A stretch of DNA of 64,000 bases from Cyanophyceae cyanobacterium. GTDB taxonomy: Bacteria; Cyanobacteriota; Cyanobacteriia; Cyanobacteriales; JBHJGN01. The translations under genes and the position numbers were made by a program. The DNA is taken from positions 940 to 64,939 of the forward strand of contig JBHJGN010000021.1 in NCBI GenBank assembly GCA_050331735.1, read 5' to 3'. The notes beneath the pieces are model-generated. The model was given only the letters and a program-made list of their open reading frames with translations, was not told where the DNA came from and did not search any database. Each line of letters begins with the position of its first letter. Positions within the stretch are counted from its first letter, which is position 1. Positions 19,649 through 28,807 of this stretch are shown in pieces.

Positions 19649-20533
19649 GTGTTTGGTTTTCTCAATTTAAACAAGCCAGCAGGGATGACTTCTCATGACT
19701 GTGTTGCTAGGCTGCGTCGGCTGCTAAGAATTAAGCGCATTGGACACGGTGGGACGCTCGACCCGGCGGCAGTAGGAGTTCTGCCCATCGCCGTTGGCAA
19801 AGCGACTCGCCTGCTGCAATTTCTGCCGGATGAGAAAGCGTACTGGGGAAGAATCCGCTTTGGTGTGCAGACGACAACGGACGATCTTGAAGGAGAGGTA
19901 ATAGCGACGGCATCGGCGGCTGAGCTGGAGAAGAATCAAGTTGCGCCAGTCCTCCAGCAGTTTGAAGGACAGATCGAGCAGGTTCCACCAGCCTACAGCG
20001 CTATTCAGCGCGAAGGACAACGGCTGTACGAGTTGGCCAGGCGCGGAGAAACGGTGGAGGTGCCAACGCGCACGGTGTGGGTCAAGCGGATGGAGATGCT
20101 TCACTGGTATCCGGGAGAATTTCCAGAACTGGAAGTCGCGATCGCCTGCGGGAGTGGCACCTATATCCGAGCGATCGCCCGCGATGTTGGCGCGGCATTG
20201 GGGGTCGGCGGAACTCTCGCGGCTTTAAAGCGCACCGCTAGCGGCGGTTTTCAACTCGAGGAGAGCCTCAGCTTTGAGCAAATCGAAGGGCAGCTTCAGC
20301 AAGGTACTTTTTCTCTGATTCCGCCGCCGATTGCCCTTAGCCATCTGCCTGTCGTTCAGCTAGCGCCACCGGAAGCGAGGCGCTGGTGCCAAGGACAGAA
20401 ACTAGCGATCACCGCCACTAAGATTACGGGAAATATTGTTCGCGTTCAGCAGGAAGGCCAGTTTCTCGGGATCGCTCAACGGCTAGAATCATTGCCTCAT
20501 GAGGTGTTGGTTCCTAAAATCGTTGTTAGCTAA
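19649..20533 (+). CDS. truB: tRNA pseudouridine(55) synthase
   Basis: 294 aa with a GTG start. It has the motif [24 protein letters not shown] with the catalytic Asp, plus the PPAYSAIQ block. Confidence 0.9.
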   Translation: MFGFLNLNKPAGMTSHDCVARLRRLLRIKRIGHGGTLDPAAVGVLPIAVGKATRLLQFLPDEKAYWGRIRFGVQTTTDDLEGEVIATASAAELEKNQVAPVLQQFEGQIEQVPPAYSAIQREGQRLYELARRGETVEVPTRTVWVKRMEMLHWYPGEFPELEVAIACGSGTYIRAIARDVGAALGVGGTLAALKRTASGGFQLEESLSFEQIEGQLQQGTFSLIPPPIALSHLPVVQLAPPEARRWCQGQKLAITATKITGNIVRVQQEGQFLGIAQRLESLPHEVLVPKIVVS

Positions 20534-20613
20534 GTAATTTTGCCCAGCTATTGCCAAAGCTAAAATTCGCTCTTAAGATAGATGCGCTTTGGTTTTGCCG
20601 TCGGCGACTAGAA

Positions 20614-23600
20614 ATGACCGAAATTCCCCTATTGTTAATTAGTCAACAGGAAGCAGATGAGCATCAGTTGAAGGCTCTGCTGACTCAGCTTGACAGCTCT
20701 TATCAACTAAAGCGGTTGACCCCCTCTAATTTAACAGCGGCACAGCTAGCAGATTACGAAATTTATGTAGTCGCTAGCCAGAGGTTGGTGGCAGCGATCG
20801 CCCCAAAAGTTGCGCCGGCCCCGGTAATTTTTTTGACAGACAATACTGAATTAGGAACAGCCGCCCTAGAAGCGGGTGCGGCTGACTATTTAGAAAGAAG
20901 TCAACTGAGCGCTCCTCTATTAGAAAAATCCCTGCGTCTCACCCTTGCCTGCGCTCAGGCAAAGCGTTGGCAGCAGGAACTTCTCAAGAAACAACGATTA
21001 GCTAAATTAGACGAGTGTGCCGGTGTTCAGAGCTTTGAGCCTTATATTGAATCTGCTAAACAACAGTTACAAACTTTTCAACAAAGTGTAGCTTCTTCAT
21101 CTTTATCAGAAAAATTTCTGGCCGAGGTATTCGAGCAACTGACAGATTGCTTAGAAGAGTTGCAGGTGCAGAATGAGGAGTTGTTGGCTACCCATTGGCT
21201 CGTTCAGGAGAATCAGCGCTATCAAGACTTGTTTGAGTTTGCTCCAGATGGATATTTAGTGACGGATCGAAAGGGCATAATTCAGGAAGCCAATAGCGCA
21301 GCAGCAACGTTGCTGAACATGCGCCAGCAGTTTTTAATTGGTAAACCGTTACTCGTCTATATCGCTTCAGCAGCTCGTCAAACCTACGAGCGTAGATTGA
21401 TGCAGACTCAGCAGTTCCAAGAGTGGGACTTATGCTTACAGCCGCGTGAAGGTCAACCGTTTCCAGCATCCGTCAGGATTTCTGCCATCTTCAATGCTCA
21501 AAATGAATTAGTCGGCTGGCGCTGGCTCATCCGAGACATTACAGAACGTAAGCAAGCTGAAGCCGCTCTCCAACAGCAAACAGAAATCCTTCAGACTATC
21601 TTTGACCATATTCCTGTGATGATTGCTCGCTTTGATGCCAGCGGACGGATTGAGCTAATTAATCGGGAGCTGGAGAGGACTTTAGGCTGGTCGTTGGCAG
21701 AATGGCAGCAGCAAGATCTGTTGGCAGAATGCTACCCCGATCCGGAATACCGCCAGCAAGTTGGGAAGCACATGCAGGAGGCGACGCACCAATGGCAGGA
21801 TTTGAAAACCAGAGTGCGGGATGGTCGAGTGATTGATACGTCTTGGCGAAACGTGCGGCTTTCGGACGGAACTGGCATTGGTATCGGGCAAGATATCAGC
21901 AAGCGCAAGCGGGATGAAGAACAGCTCCGCGCTCGACTCGCGTTAGAAACCGCCTTAGCTGAGACATCAAAATTGTTAGCAACTCGTGAAGTGGTTGATT
22001 TAAACGAGGTGCTGGCGCTCCTTGCTGATGCGGTGGAGGCAAACCGAGTTTTCTTGCTGCGGCTTCACCAGGGGACCAAGGCAGACGTTGCCCATGAATG
22101 GTGTGACAGCGAGAGCCAATCGATTGCTGAGCGGTTTCAGAATTTAGAGATGACGCAGTTTCGGTGGTGGCTAGACCAATTAGAACGCAATCAAAATGTA
22201 GCGATCGCAGATGTGGAAGCAATGCCAGCCGCCGCTCAGGTAGAAAAAGAGATCCTCAAGTCAATCAAGGTTTGCGCGTTGATTGCTGCGCCTATTTTTG
22301 ATACTTCCGGTCAACTGTGGGGCAGTATTGGCTTTCATCTCACTCGCCAAGGCGGTCGGCAGTGGTCAGCAGAAGACGCTCAACTGCTGCGAGCCGTCGG
22401 CGATACGATCTATAGCTACTGTTTGCGGGTGCAAACTCAGAATCAGCTTCGTGCTTCAGAAACGCTCTACGCAGAAATTTTCAATCACTCGGCTGAGCCT
22501 TTTATCCTGCTTAAGGTTCTGCCCAACAACGAGTTTGTCTATGAAACGGTTAATCCTGCCTATACCAGGTTAACGGGCATTGCTCAACAGGAGATCGTTG
22601 GCCAAACGCTGACCCAGGCTTGGCCGCCAGCGCTCGCGGCTCTATTTACTCGCCGCTGCTGCGAGTGTTTAGCGGCTGGTGAAGCGATTAATTTTGAAGA
22701 CGTTTTCGATACTCCCCGTGGCAGGCGCACCAGCTACACATCTTTAGTGCCGCTCCGGGATAGTATGGGTCAGATTACTCAGATTTTTGGCTCGGCGAGA
22801 GATATTACTGAAGAAAAACAGGCGATCGCCGAACAAATTCGTCTTACTCAGTACCAGCGGCTGTTAGCGTCTCTGGTTGTAAAAATTCGCCAGTCCTGGA
22901 GCCTAGGAGAAATCTTGCAAACGGCTGTAGACGAGGTACAAAAAACGCTTCAGGTAGAGCGGGTTGTATTTGTTCGTCTTTTGTCTGACAAAGCCGGTAC
23001 AGTGACTCATGAAGCTGTGCTCCCGCCGTTTGGGGCAATACGGGGGCAAGACTTAATGATTAATGACTGCCTGCAAGCTGTGAAAGAAAACTATCAGCAG
23101 GGAACAGTTCCAAGCTGCGCTGATGTTCTCAACGCCGAGTTCGCGGCTGCTTCTAGAGACTTGCTTGAGCGATACCAAGTGCGCGCCTATATCACCGTAC
23201 CAATTTTACTGAAGCAGCCCATCCAAGAACACGATCCCCAGGCTTCTCCTGCTCTAGCTGACGAACCAACCGTCTGGGGTTTACTCGTTGTCCATCAATG
23301 CAGTGGACCGCGAGCCTGGACAGGGGATGAAACGGATCTACTGATGCAGCTAGCGATGCAGCTTACTATCGCCCTGGAGCAAGCGCAACTGCAGGAGCAA
23401 GAAACCCGTCAGCGCCAGGAATTAGGCCGCTCGAACGCGGCACTAGAAGAGTTTGCCTATGTTGCTTCCCACGATCTGCAAGCTCCGCTACAAACCATTG
23501 CTAGCTACGCCAAGCTTTTAGAGCGACGCTATCATAACCGACTCGATGCCAAAGCGATTCGATACATTGACTATATTGTTAGCGGTGCGCAGCGGATGCA

Positions 23601-24099
23601 AACACAGATTAAAGATCTGCTCCAATATGCTCGCGTCAGCTCTTACAAGCAACCTTTTGCGCCTACCGACCTGAATGAGGTTCTCGAGCAGGCGATCGCT
23701 AATCTCAGCTTATTAATCGATCAACATCAGGCATCGATTGCCGTCAGTGAGTTGCCTACCGTGATGGCAGACTGCTCACAGTTGGTTCAGCTCTTTCAAA
23801 ATTTGCTCAGTAACGCTATTAAGTATCATAGTGAGAATCTGCCAGTCATTCGAGTCGAATCTACCCGTCAAGCGAATCGCTGGATCATTACCGTTAGCGA
23901 CAACGGAATCGGCATTGACCCAAAATATTTCGAGCGGATCTTCCAAGTTTTTCAGCGTCTGCACACTCAAGAAGAATATTCTGGCAACGGCATTGGTTTA
24001 GCGATTTGTAAAAAAATTGTTGAGTACCACGGTGGGGAAATTTGGGTTTATTCGTCAGTTGGTCAAGGTTCTCGGTTTTCTATTGCCTTTCCAAATTAA
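20614..24099 (+). CDS. Multi-sensor histidine kinase: receiver-like N-terminus, PAS and GAF domains, Cph1-type HisKA + HATPase
   Basis: H-box FAYVASHDLQAPLQTI, N-box FQNLLSNAIKY, G1 DNGIGI, G2 GNGIGLAI. PAS-like blocks precede two GAF-like regions (e.g. LWGLLVVHQCSGPRAWTGDETDLL). I prefer ATG at 20614 (MTEIPLLL) over the TTG at 20551. Confidence 0.85.
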   Translation: MTEIPLLLISQQEADEHQLKALLTQLDSSYQLKRLTPSNLTAAQLADYEIYVVASQRLVAAIAPKVAPAPVIFLTDNTELGTAALEAGAADYLERSQLSAPLLEKSLRLTLACAQAKRWQQELLKKQRLAKLDECAGVQSFEPYIESAKQQLQTFQQSVASSSLSEKFLAEVFEQLTDCLEELQVQNEELLATHWLVQENQRYQDLFEFAPDGYLVTDRKGIIQEANSAAATLLNMRQQFLIGKPLLVYIASAARQTYERRLMQTQQFQEWDLCLQPREGQPFPASVRISAIFNAQNELVGWRWLIRDITERKQAEAALQQQTEILQTIFDHIPVMIARFDASGRIELINRELERTLGWSLAEWQQQDLLAECYPDPEYRQQVGKHMQEATHQWQDLKTRVRDGRVIDTSWRNVRLSDGTGIGIGQDISKRKRDEEQLRARLALETALAETSKLLATREVVDLNEVLALLADAVEANRVFLLRLHQGTKADVAHEWCDSESQSIAERFQNLEMTQFRWWLDQLERNQNVAIADVEAMPAAAQVEKEILKSIKVCALIAAPIFDTSGQLWGSIGFHLTRQGGRQWSAEDAQLLRAVGDTIYSYCLRVQTQNQLRASETLYAEIFNHSAEPFILLKVLPNNEFVYETVNPAYTRLTGIAQQEIVGQTLTQAWPPALAALFTRRCCECLAAGEAINFEDVFDTPRGRRTSYTSLVPLRDSMGQITQIFGSARDITEEKQAIAEQIRLTQYQRLLASLVVKIRQSWSLGEILQTAVDEVQKTLQVERVVFVRLLSDKAGTVTHEAVLPPFGAIRGQDLMINDCLQAVKENYQQGTVPSCADVLNAEFAAASRDLLERYQVRAYITVPILLKQPIQEHDPQASPALADEPTVWGLLVVHQCSGPRAWTGDETDLLMQLAMQLTIALEQAQLQEQETRQRQELGRSNAALEEFAYVASHDLQAPLQTIASYAKLLERRYHNRLDAKAIRYIDYIVSGAQRMQTQIKDLLQYARVSSYKQPFAPTDLNEVLEQAIANLSLLIDQHQASIAVSELPTVMADCSQLVQLFQNLLSNAIKYHSENLPVIRVESTRQANRWIITVSDNGIGIDPKYFERIFQVFQRLHTQEEYSGNGIGLAICKKIVEYHGGEIWVYSSVGQGSRFSIAFPN

Positions 24100-24401
24100 T
24101 CGTTGATTCAATTTTGCTTTCTGCTTTGCTCAACAAGATTCTTTAACCTCTCCATTTTTCACGTTTAATTCACGTTTATTTGCTAAAGTATTGTTCGATT
24201 TATATTTGCTTGTACTTGAGCTTTTAGTGAGAGTTTTGTGAAAACTATCTAGCGTTGCTCGTCAATGTTTGAAACAGCCTGTCAATCAATCTATTGGCAG
24301 AAAAAAAGCTTAAGATTTTCCAATAGCAATCTTAAGAAGATAGAAATACTCTTTGTCGTAAACAAAATAGAATAGAAAATGTATAATTTGAGAAAATTTC
24401 A

Positions 24402-24836
24402 TTGGATACTCTAATCTCTAACATCCTTCTAATTGAAGACGAAACGAGTATTGTAGAGTTAATAAAAGAAGCTTTAAACGAAGCTTCATGCTCTTGTCAA
24501 CTGCATGTGGTTAGAAGTGGCGAAGAAGGTTTAGATTTTTTACAAAAACTAGGAAGCCATCGGCAAGCACCTCGTCCTCAGATTATTCTGCTGAACTCAA
24601 ACCTCCCTAAAATGAGTGGCGATGAATTTTTATTAGTGGTTAAACAAGACGAAAACTTTAAGCAGATTCCAGTCACTGTACTGACAACTTCGGACGATCC
24701 AAGCACTATCCTAAAATACTACAGCCTACACGCTAACTGTTATATTCTTAAATCTACCGATTTAGAACATTTCTTTAGTAGTATCAAGGCGCTTATAAAG
24801 TTTTGGCTAGAAATTGTTACGCTTCCACCCCAGTAG
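24402..24836 (+). CDS. Single-domain Rcp1-like response regulator with Asn at the phospho-acceptor position (pseudo-receiver)
   Basis: 144 aa, collinear with my recollection of Synechocystis Rcp1 (…RPxxILLDLNLPKKDG…IPVVVLTTS…NCYLxKS…FWLExVTLP). Here the sequence reads RPQIILLNSNLPKMSG. It has a TTG start. Confidence 0.75.
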   Translation: MDTLISNILLIEDETSIVELIKEALNEASCSCQLHVVRSGEEGLDFLQKLGSHRQAPRPQIILLNSNLPKMSGDEFLLVVKQDENFKQIPVTVLTTSDDPSTILKYYSLHANCYILKSTDLEHFFSSIKALIKFWLEIVTLPPQ

Positions 24837-25138
24837 CGTCATCGGTTCTTCTCTTCAAAAGAGCCTTGCGTCATTAGTGATTTGGTATCGACAAGAAGCA
24901 TAACGAGCAAATTTATGCTTCAGTTTTGAGGCTAGAACACTCTTTTTGGCAAAAAGCCATATCTAAATAAAATTTGCGCAAACTAAGTTATTATTGTTTG
25001 TCAAGAAAGCCTCATCGACTCCTAGTTTTATCTTGCTGATTGCAGTAAAAAATGATACACTAGATAGTACTATACTCAGTATATTTGCTATCTGTATAAG
25101 TTGTGAGCGGTAAGGAACAATTGCAGTAAATATCATCA

Positions 25139-26518
25139 GTGGAAAAGAGGCTCAAACTTCTCTTAGTAGAAGATAACATTGCTGAAATAGAACTCATACA
25201 AGAGCTGTTTACTGAAATACCAGCCAAATTTGAGCTCAAAAATGCTAGGCGGCTTGACGAAGGTTCCAGGTACTTGCAGCAGGAGCAGTTTGACGTTGTT
25301 CTTCTAGACCTGTCGCTTCCGGACAGTCGAGGACTAGAAACCCTTGTCCAAGTTCAATGTCAAGCTTTCCGCGTTCCTATTATTGTTTTGACAGCGCTCG
25401 ATGACGCTAATTTAGCCCTCGAAGCCGTGAGGAGCGGAGCGCAGGATTACTTGGTGAAGGGGCAGCTAGAGGGAGAACTATTAGCCCGCTCGATCGATTA
25501 CGCTATCGAGCGCCAGCAAATTCAGGAAACTCTTCGTAGACAGGTAGACAAAGAAAGACTGTTAGTCAAGACTGCTGAACGCCTTCATCGGACGTTTAAC
25601 CTTGCCAATATTTGGCAAACTACGGTAGAAGCCATTGAGCAGTTCATCAGTCCGACCAGCGTTACCCTCTATTACTGCTTAGCTGAACGAACCTCTTGGC
25701 AGGGCGAGGCGATGCAGCACAGTAGCGAGAATACCCTGACGCTACCAATTTTACAGCATGAAATAGTCGCCCAAGAACTGCCAGTTGTTAACCTAGTCCG
25801 GGAAAATCAGCTTTGGGGAAGATTAACTATTCAAAAGGAAGAGCCTTTGAAAACTTGGGAGGTAGACTTTCTCCAACAGTTGACTCAGCAGTTGGCAGTT
25901 GCCATTCAACAAGCTGAACTTTATCAGCAGCTCGAACAAGCCAACCGAGAACTGCAAAAGCTAGCCATCACCGATGGCTTAACGAAAATTGCCAACCGCC
26001 GCCGATTTGAGGAAAACCTCGCCCAGGAGTGGCAGCGCCTCACCAGAGAGCAACAGCCGCTTTCTCTGCTCCTCTGCGATATCGATAGCTTTAAAGCCTA
26101 TAACGATACCTACGGTCATCCTGCCGGAGACGCTTGCCTCCAGAAAGTTTCTGAAGTGATTCAGCAGTCGATTCAGCGTCCAGCCGATTTGGTCGCTCGC
26201 TATGGCGGCGAAGAATTTGCCGTCCTGCTTCCCAATACTAACTCCAGAGGAGCTCTCAAAGTCGCGCGCAGAATTGCTCGCCAGCTTGCCGTTCAAAAGC
26301 TGCCCCACCGCGCCACTCGCGTTCCAACAGCCAATAGCCAGGTCACTCTTAGCATCGGCACTGCCACTCAAATTCCCGAGGGCCAGTCTCCGGTTGTGTT
26401 AGTGATGGCTGCGGATGCAGCACTGTATCAAGCCAAGAATAGGAGACGAAATCAGATTGTGCAGGCAGGGGAAGACGGGGGAAATGTCCCGGCGGGACGG
26501 GGAAAGGGAAATTATTAA
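25139..26518 (+). CDS. Response regulator receiver - GAF - GGDEF diguanylate cyclase
   Basis: 459 aa with a GTG start. The receiver has FDVVLLDLSLPDSRG. The GAF-like middle has LWGRLTIQ. The GGDEF domain has active-site GGEEF and an RPAD (RxxD) I-site five residues upstream. The last ~16 codons lie within the dispersed repeat. Confidence 0.88.
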   Translation: MEKRLKLLLVEDNIAEIELIQELFTEIPAKFELKNARRLDEGSRYLQQEQFDVVLLDLSLPDSRGLETLVQVQCQAFRVPIIVLTALDDANLALEAVRSGAQDYLVKGQLEGELLARSIDYAIERQQIQETLRRQVDKERLLVKTAERLHRTFNLANIWQTTVEAIEQFISPTSVTLYYCLAERTSWQGEAMQHSSENTLTLPILQHEIVAQELPVVNLVRENQLWGRLTIQKEEPLKTWEVDFLQQLTQQLAVAIQQAELYQQLEQANRELQKLAITDGLTKIANRRRFEENLAQEWQRLTREQQPLSLLLCDIDSFKAYNDTYGHPAGDACLQKVSEVIQQSIQRPADLVARYGGEEFAVLLPNTNSRGALKVARRIARQLAVQKLPHRATRVPTANSQVTLSIGTATQIPEGQSPVVLVMAADAALYQAKNRRRNQIVQAGEDGGNVPAGRGKGNY

Positions 26519-26680
26519 TGAGTCTTTTCGATAGCAGGGCGGTTTGGATCGAATGGTCTTATACCATTTACCGAAAGGAGTGAGATAGTTCTCCTAACTA
26601 ACAAAGAGTTGGCTCTTAAAAGGGAAAGGCTTGCTGTGTTTACCTTTCCCCCTGACCCTTTCCCCTTTTCCCCAACGGCT
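26471..26680. repeat. Large copy of the dispersed element (G-rich arm, ~110-bp core, C-rich arm)
   Basis: Left arm: GGGGAAGACGGGGGAAAT-GTCCCggcGGGAC-GGGGAAAGGGAAA (26468-26513). Right arm: CCTTTCCCCCTGACCCTTTCCCCTTTTCCCC (26643-26673). Confidence 0.65.
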
Positions 26681-26818
26681 CAAGTCTCTCATGACTTTTT
26701 CTAATTGGTATTAGAAGTACTGCAAGAGCTTGCGTCCGAAATAAACTAAAATCTATCTAACCAAAGTTTTTGGCTGTTGCTACTAGCGTTCGTTGAAGAG
26801 CGAACAATAGCAATAGCT

Positions 26819-26877
26819 CCCTTTCCCCCTTACCCGTCGCGGAGCGACAGTTTTCCCTTTCCCCGTCCCACCGGGAC
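26819..26877. repeat. Half copy (pyrimidine-rich arm with two hairpins) abutting the S9 peptidase start codon
   Basis: CCCTTTCCCCCTTACCC-GTCGCggaGCGAC-AGTTTTCCCTTTCCCC-GTCCCaccGGGAC. It ends 7 nt before ATG 26885. Confidence 0.75.
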
Positions 26878-26884
26878 TTTATTT

Positions 26885-28807
26885 ATGCCTACTGCCTCTT
26901 ACGGTTCTTGGAAATCACCAATCGCTTCCGATCTGATTGTCTCTGAAACAATTCGATTGGGAGGCGTTACGGTTGATGGGAAAGACCTCTACTGGTTAGA
27001 AGGACGACCAACTGAAGGAGGCAGAAATGTGCTGGTGCGTCGGTCTCCAGAGGGTCAGACCGATGTCACGCCCGCTCCCTTTAACGTGCGTACTAAAGTT
27101 CATGAGTATGGTGGTGCGGCTTATGTAGTGAGCGATCGCACCCGATATTTTGTCAATTTTGTGGACCAGCGCCTGTATAAACAGCCGCTTAATTCTCAGC
27201 CGGAACCGCTTACGGACGAGTCGCCACGACGCTATGCAGATGCCGTGGTCGATCGATCTAGAGAGCGTTTGATCTGCGTCTGCGAAGACCATACAAATGC
27301 CGAACAGGAACCGGAAAACACGTTAGCCACTGTCGATCTGAAGACGGGAGCAGTGACCGTTTTGGTCAGCGGCAGTGATTTTTATTCTTCTCCCCGGATG
27401 AGTCCAGACGGCACTCAGCTAGCGTGGCTAAGCTGGAATCACCCGCACATGCCTTGGGACAGTACCCAACTGTGGGTCGCCACAGTTAAAGCGGATGGAA
27501 CGTTAGCAGAAAAACAGTGCATTGCTGGCGGAGTCGATGAATCTGTTTGTGAACCGCAGTGGTCCCCAGACGGCAAGCTGTACTTCAGCAGCGATCACAC
27601 CGGCTGGTGGAATCTCTACAGACTCGGAGACCAAGGCGCTGAGCTACTGTACGAAATCGAGGCGGAATTTGGCTATCCTCACTGGGTGTTTGGCATCTCG
27701 ACCTATGCCTTCGCCTCGGCTGCGGAAATCATTTGCACCTATACTCAAAACGGTTGCTGGCACTTGGCGCGGTTAAATATTCAGACGAAGCAGCTAGCAC
27801 CTATCGATGTTCCCTATACAAGCATCGCCTCGCTGTGCTGCCGTCACGGGCAAGCTATTTTTATTGGCGGCGCACCGACCCAGCCAACGGCGGTAGTATC
27901 TCTCGATTTAGCCTCAAATCGGTTAGAGATCCTCAAATCTTCAGCGCAGATTCAGGTCGATGCGGCCTATCTTTCCTCTCCAGAGGCGATCGCCTTTTCC
28001 ACCGCCAACGACCTCACGGCTTATGCCTGGTTCTATCCGCCGACGAACCCCGACTACACCGCCCCCGAAGGAACGCTGCCGCCGCTGATCGTCAGAAGCC
28101 ACGGGGGGCCGACGGCGGCGGCGGAAGCAACGCTGAGCTGGAAAATCCAGTACTGGACGAGTCGCGGTTTTGCCTATGTAGATGTCAACTACGGCGGCAG
28201 TACCGGGTATGGCCGCGCCTACCGTCAGCGACTGCATCAGCAGTGGGGCATTGTGGATATCGACGACTGCGTAAACGCCGCCAAGTATCTGGTGCGCCAA
28301 GGACGAGTCGATGGCGAGAAATTAGCGATCGCCGGCAGCAGCGCTGGAGGCTATACAACTCTAGCAGCGCTGACCTTCCGCGACACCTTCAAAGCCGGAG
28401 CCAGCTACTATGGCGTGAGCGACCTAAAAATTTTGGCTCAAGAAACCCACAAGTTTGAGTCTCGCTATCTCGATGGATTAGTGGGAGCATACCCGCAAGA
28501 GAAAGCGGTGTATGAAGCGCGATCGCCAATTCATTTCACCCATCGTTTAAACTGTCCGGTAATCTTTTTTCAGGGACTGGAGGACCGCGTCGTTCCCCCC
28601 AATCAGGCTGAAATCATGTTTGCCGCGCTCAAGGCCAAAGGACTTCCGGTTGCCTACCTAGGGTTTGAGGGAGAACAGCACGGTTTTCGTCGTGCCGAAA
28701 CCATTAAGCGATCGCTAGATGCTGAACTGTATTTCTACTCCCGCGTATTCGGTTTTCCCCGTTCTGATGTTGAGCCGGTCGAAATTATCAACCGATCTGA
28801 GGATTAA
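26885..28807 (+). CDS. S9 family serine peptidase (prolyl-oligopeptidase / acylaminoacyl-peptidase-like; beta-propeller + alpha/beta hydrolase)
   Basis: The nucleophile motif is GSSAGGY, with a C-terminal EGEQHGF (His). The N-terminal propeller has repeated SPDG motifs. The track ORF starts at 26777, but codons 1-36 translate the repeat element (FPPYPSRSDSFPFPRPTG), so I call ATG 26885 (MPTASYGSWKSPI). Confidence 0.85.
   Translation: MPTASYGSWKSPIASDLIVSETIRLGGVTVDGKDLYWLEGRPTEGGRNVLVRRSPEGQTDVTPAPFNVRTKVHEYGGAAYVVSDRTRYFVNFVDQRLYKQPLNSQPEPLTDESPRRYADAVVDRSRERLICVCEDHTNAEQEPENTLATVDLKTGAVTVLVSGSDFYSSPRMSPDGTQLAWLSWNHPHMPWDSTQLWVATVKADGTLAEKQCIAGGVDESVCEPQWSPDGKLYFSSDHTGWWNLYRLGDQGAELLYEIEAEFGYPHWVFGISTYAFASAAEIICTYTQNGCWHLARLNIQTKQLAPIDVPYTSIASLCCRHGQAIFIGGAPTQPTAVVSLDLASNRLEILKSSAQIQVDAAYLSSPEAIAFSTANDLTAYAWFYPPTNPDYTAPEGTLPPLIVRSHGGPTAAAEATLSWKIQYWTSRGFAYVDVNYGGSTGYGRAYRQRLHQQWGIVDIDDCVNAAKYLVRQGRVDGEKLAIAGSSAGGYTTLAALTFRDTFKAGASYYGVSDLKILAQETHKFESRYLDGLVGAYPQEKAVYEARSPIHFTHRLNCPVIFFQGLEDRVVPPNQAEIMFAALKAKGLPVAYLGFEGEQHGFRRAETIKRSLDAELYFYSRVFGFPRSDVEPVEIINRSED

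Noticed and set aside
20614-24099. Calling the large kinase a phytochrome or cyanobacteriochrome photoreceptor
   Set aside because: The transmitter and one GAF are phytochrome-like. However, the canonical Cys-His preceding the …LL..FQV+A… block is replaced (AASRDLLERYQVRAY), and NDCL is not a proper DXCF motif. I report it only as a light-sensor-derived architecture.
27733-28458. 241-aa ORF in an alternative frame inside the S9 peptidase gene
   Set aside because: The Arg/Ser/Pro-rich translation (…RRNAAAADRQKPRGADGGGG…) is typical of an off-frame reading of a GC-rich gene. It lies fully within a well-supported CDS. The same reasoning applies to 27941..28300, 7821..8216, 18684..19067, 38727..39077, 38769..39158, 43001..43435, 10134..10469 and similar nested ORFs.
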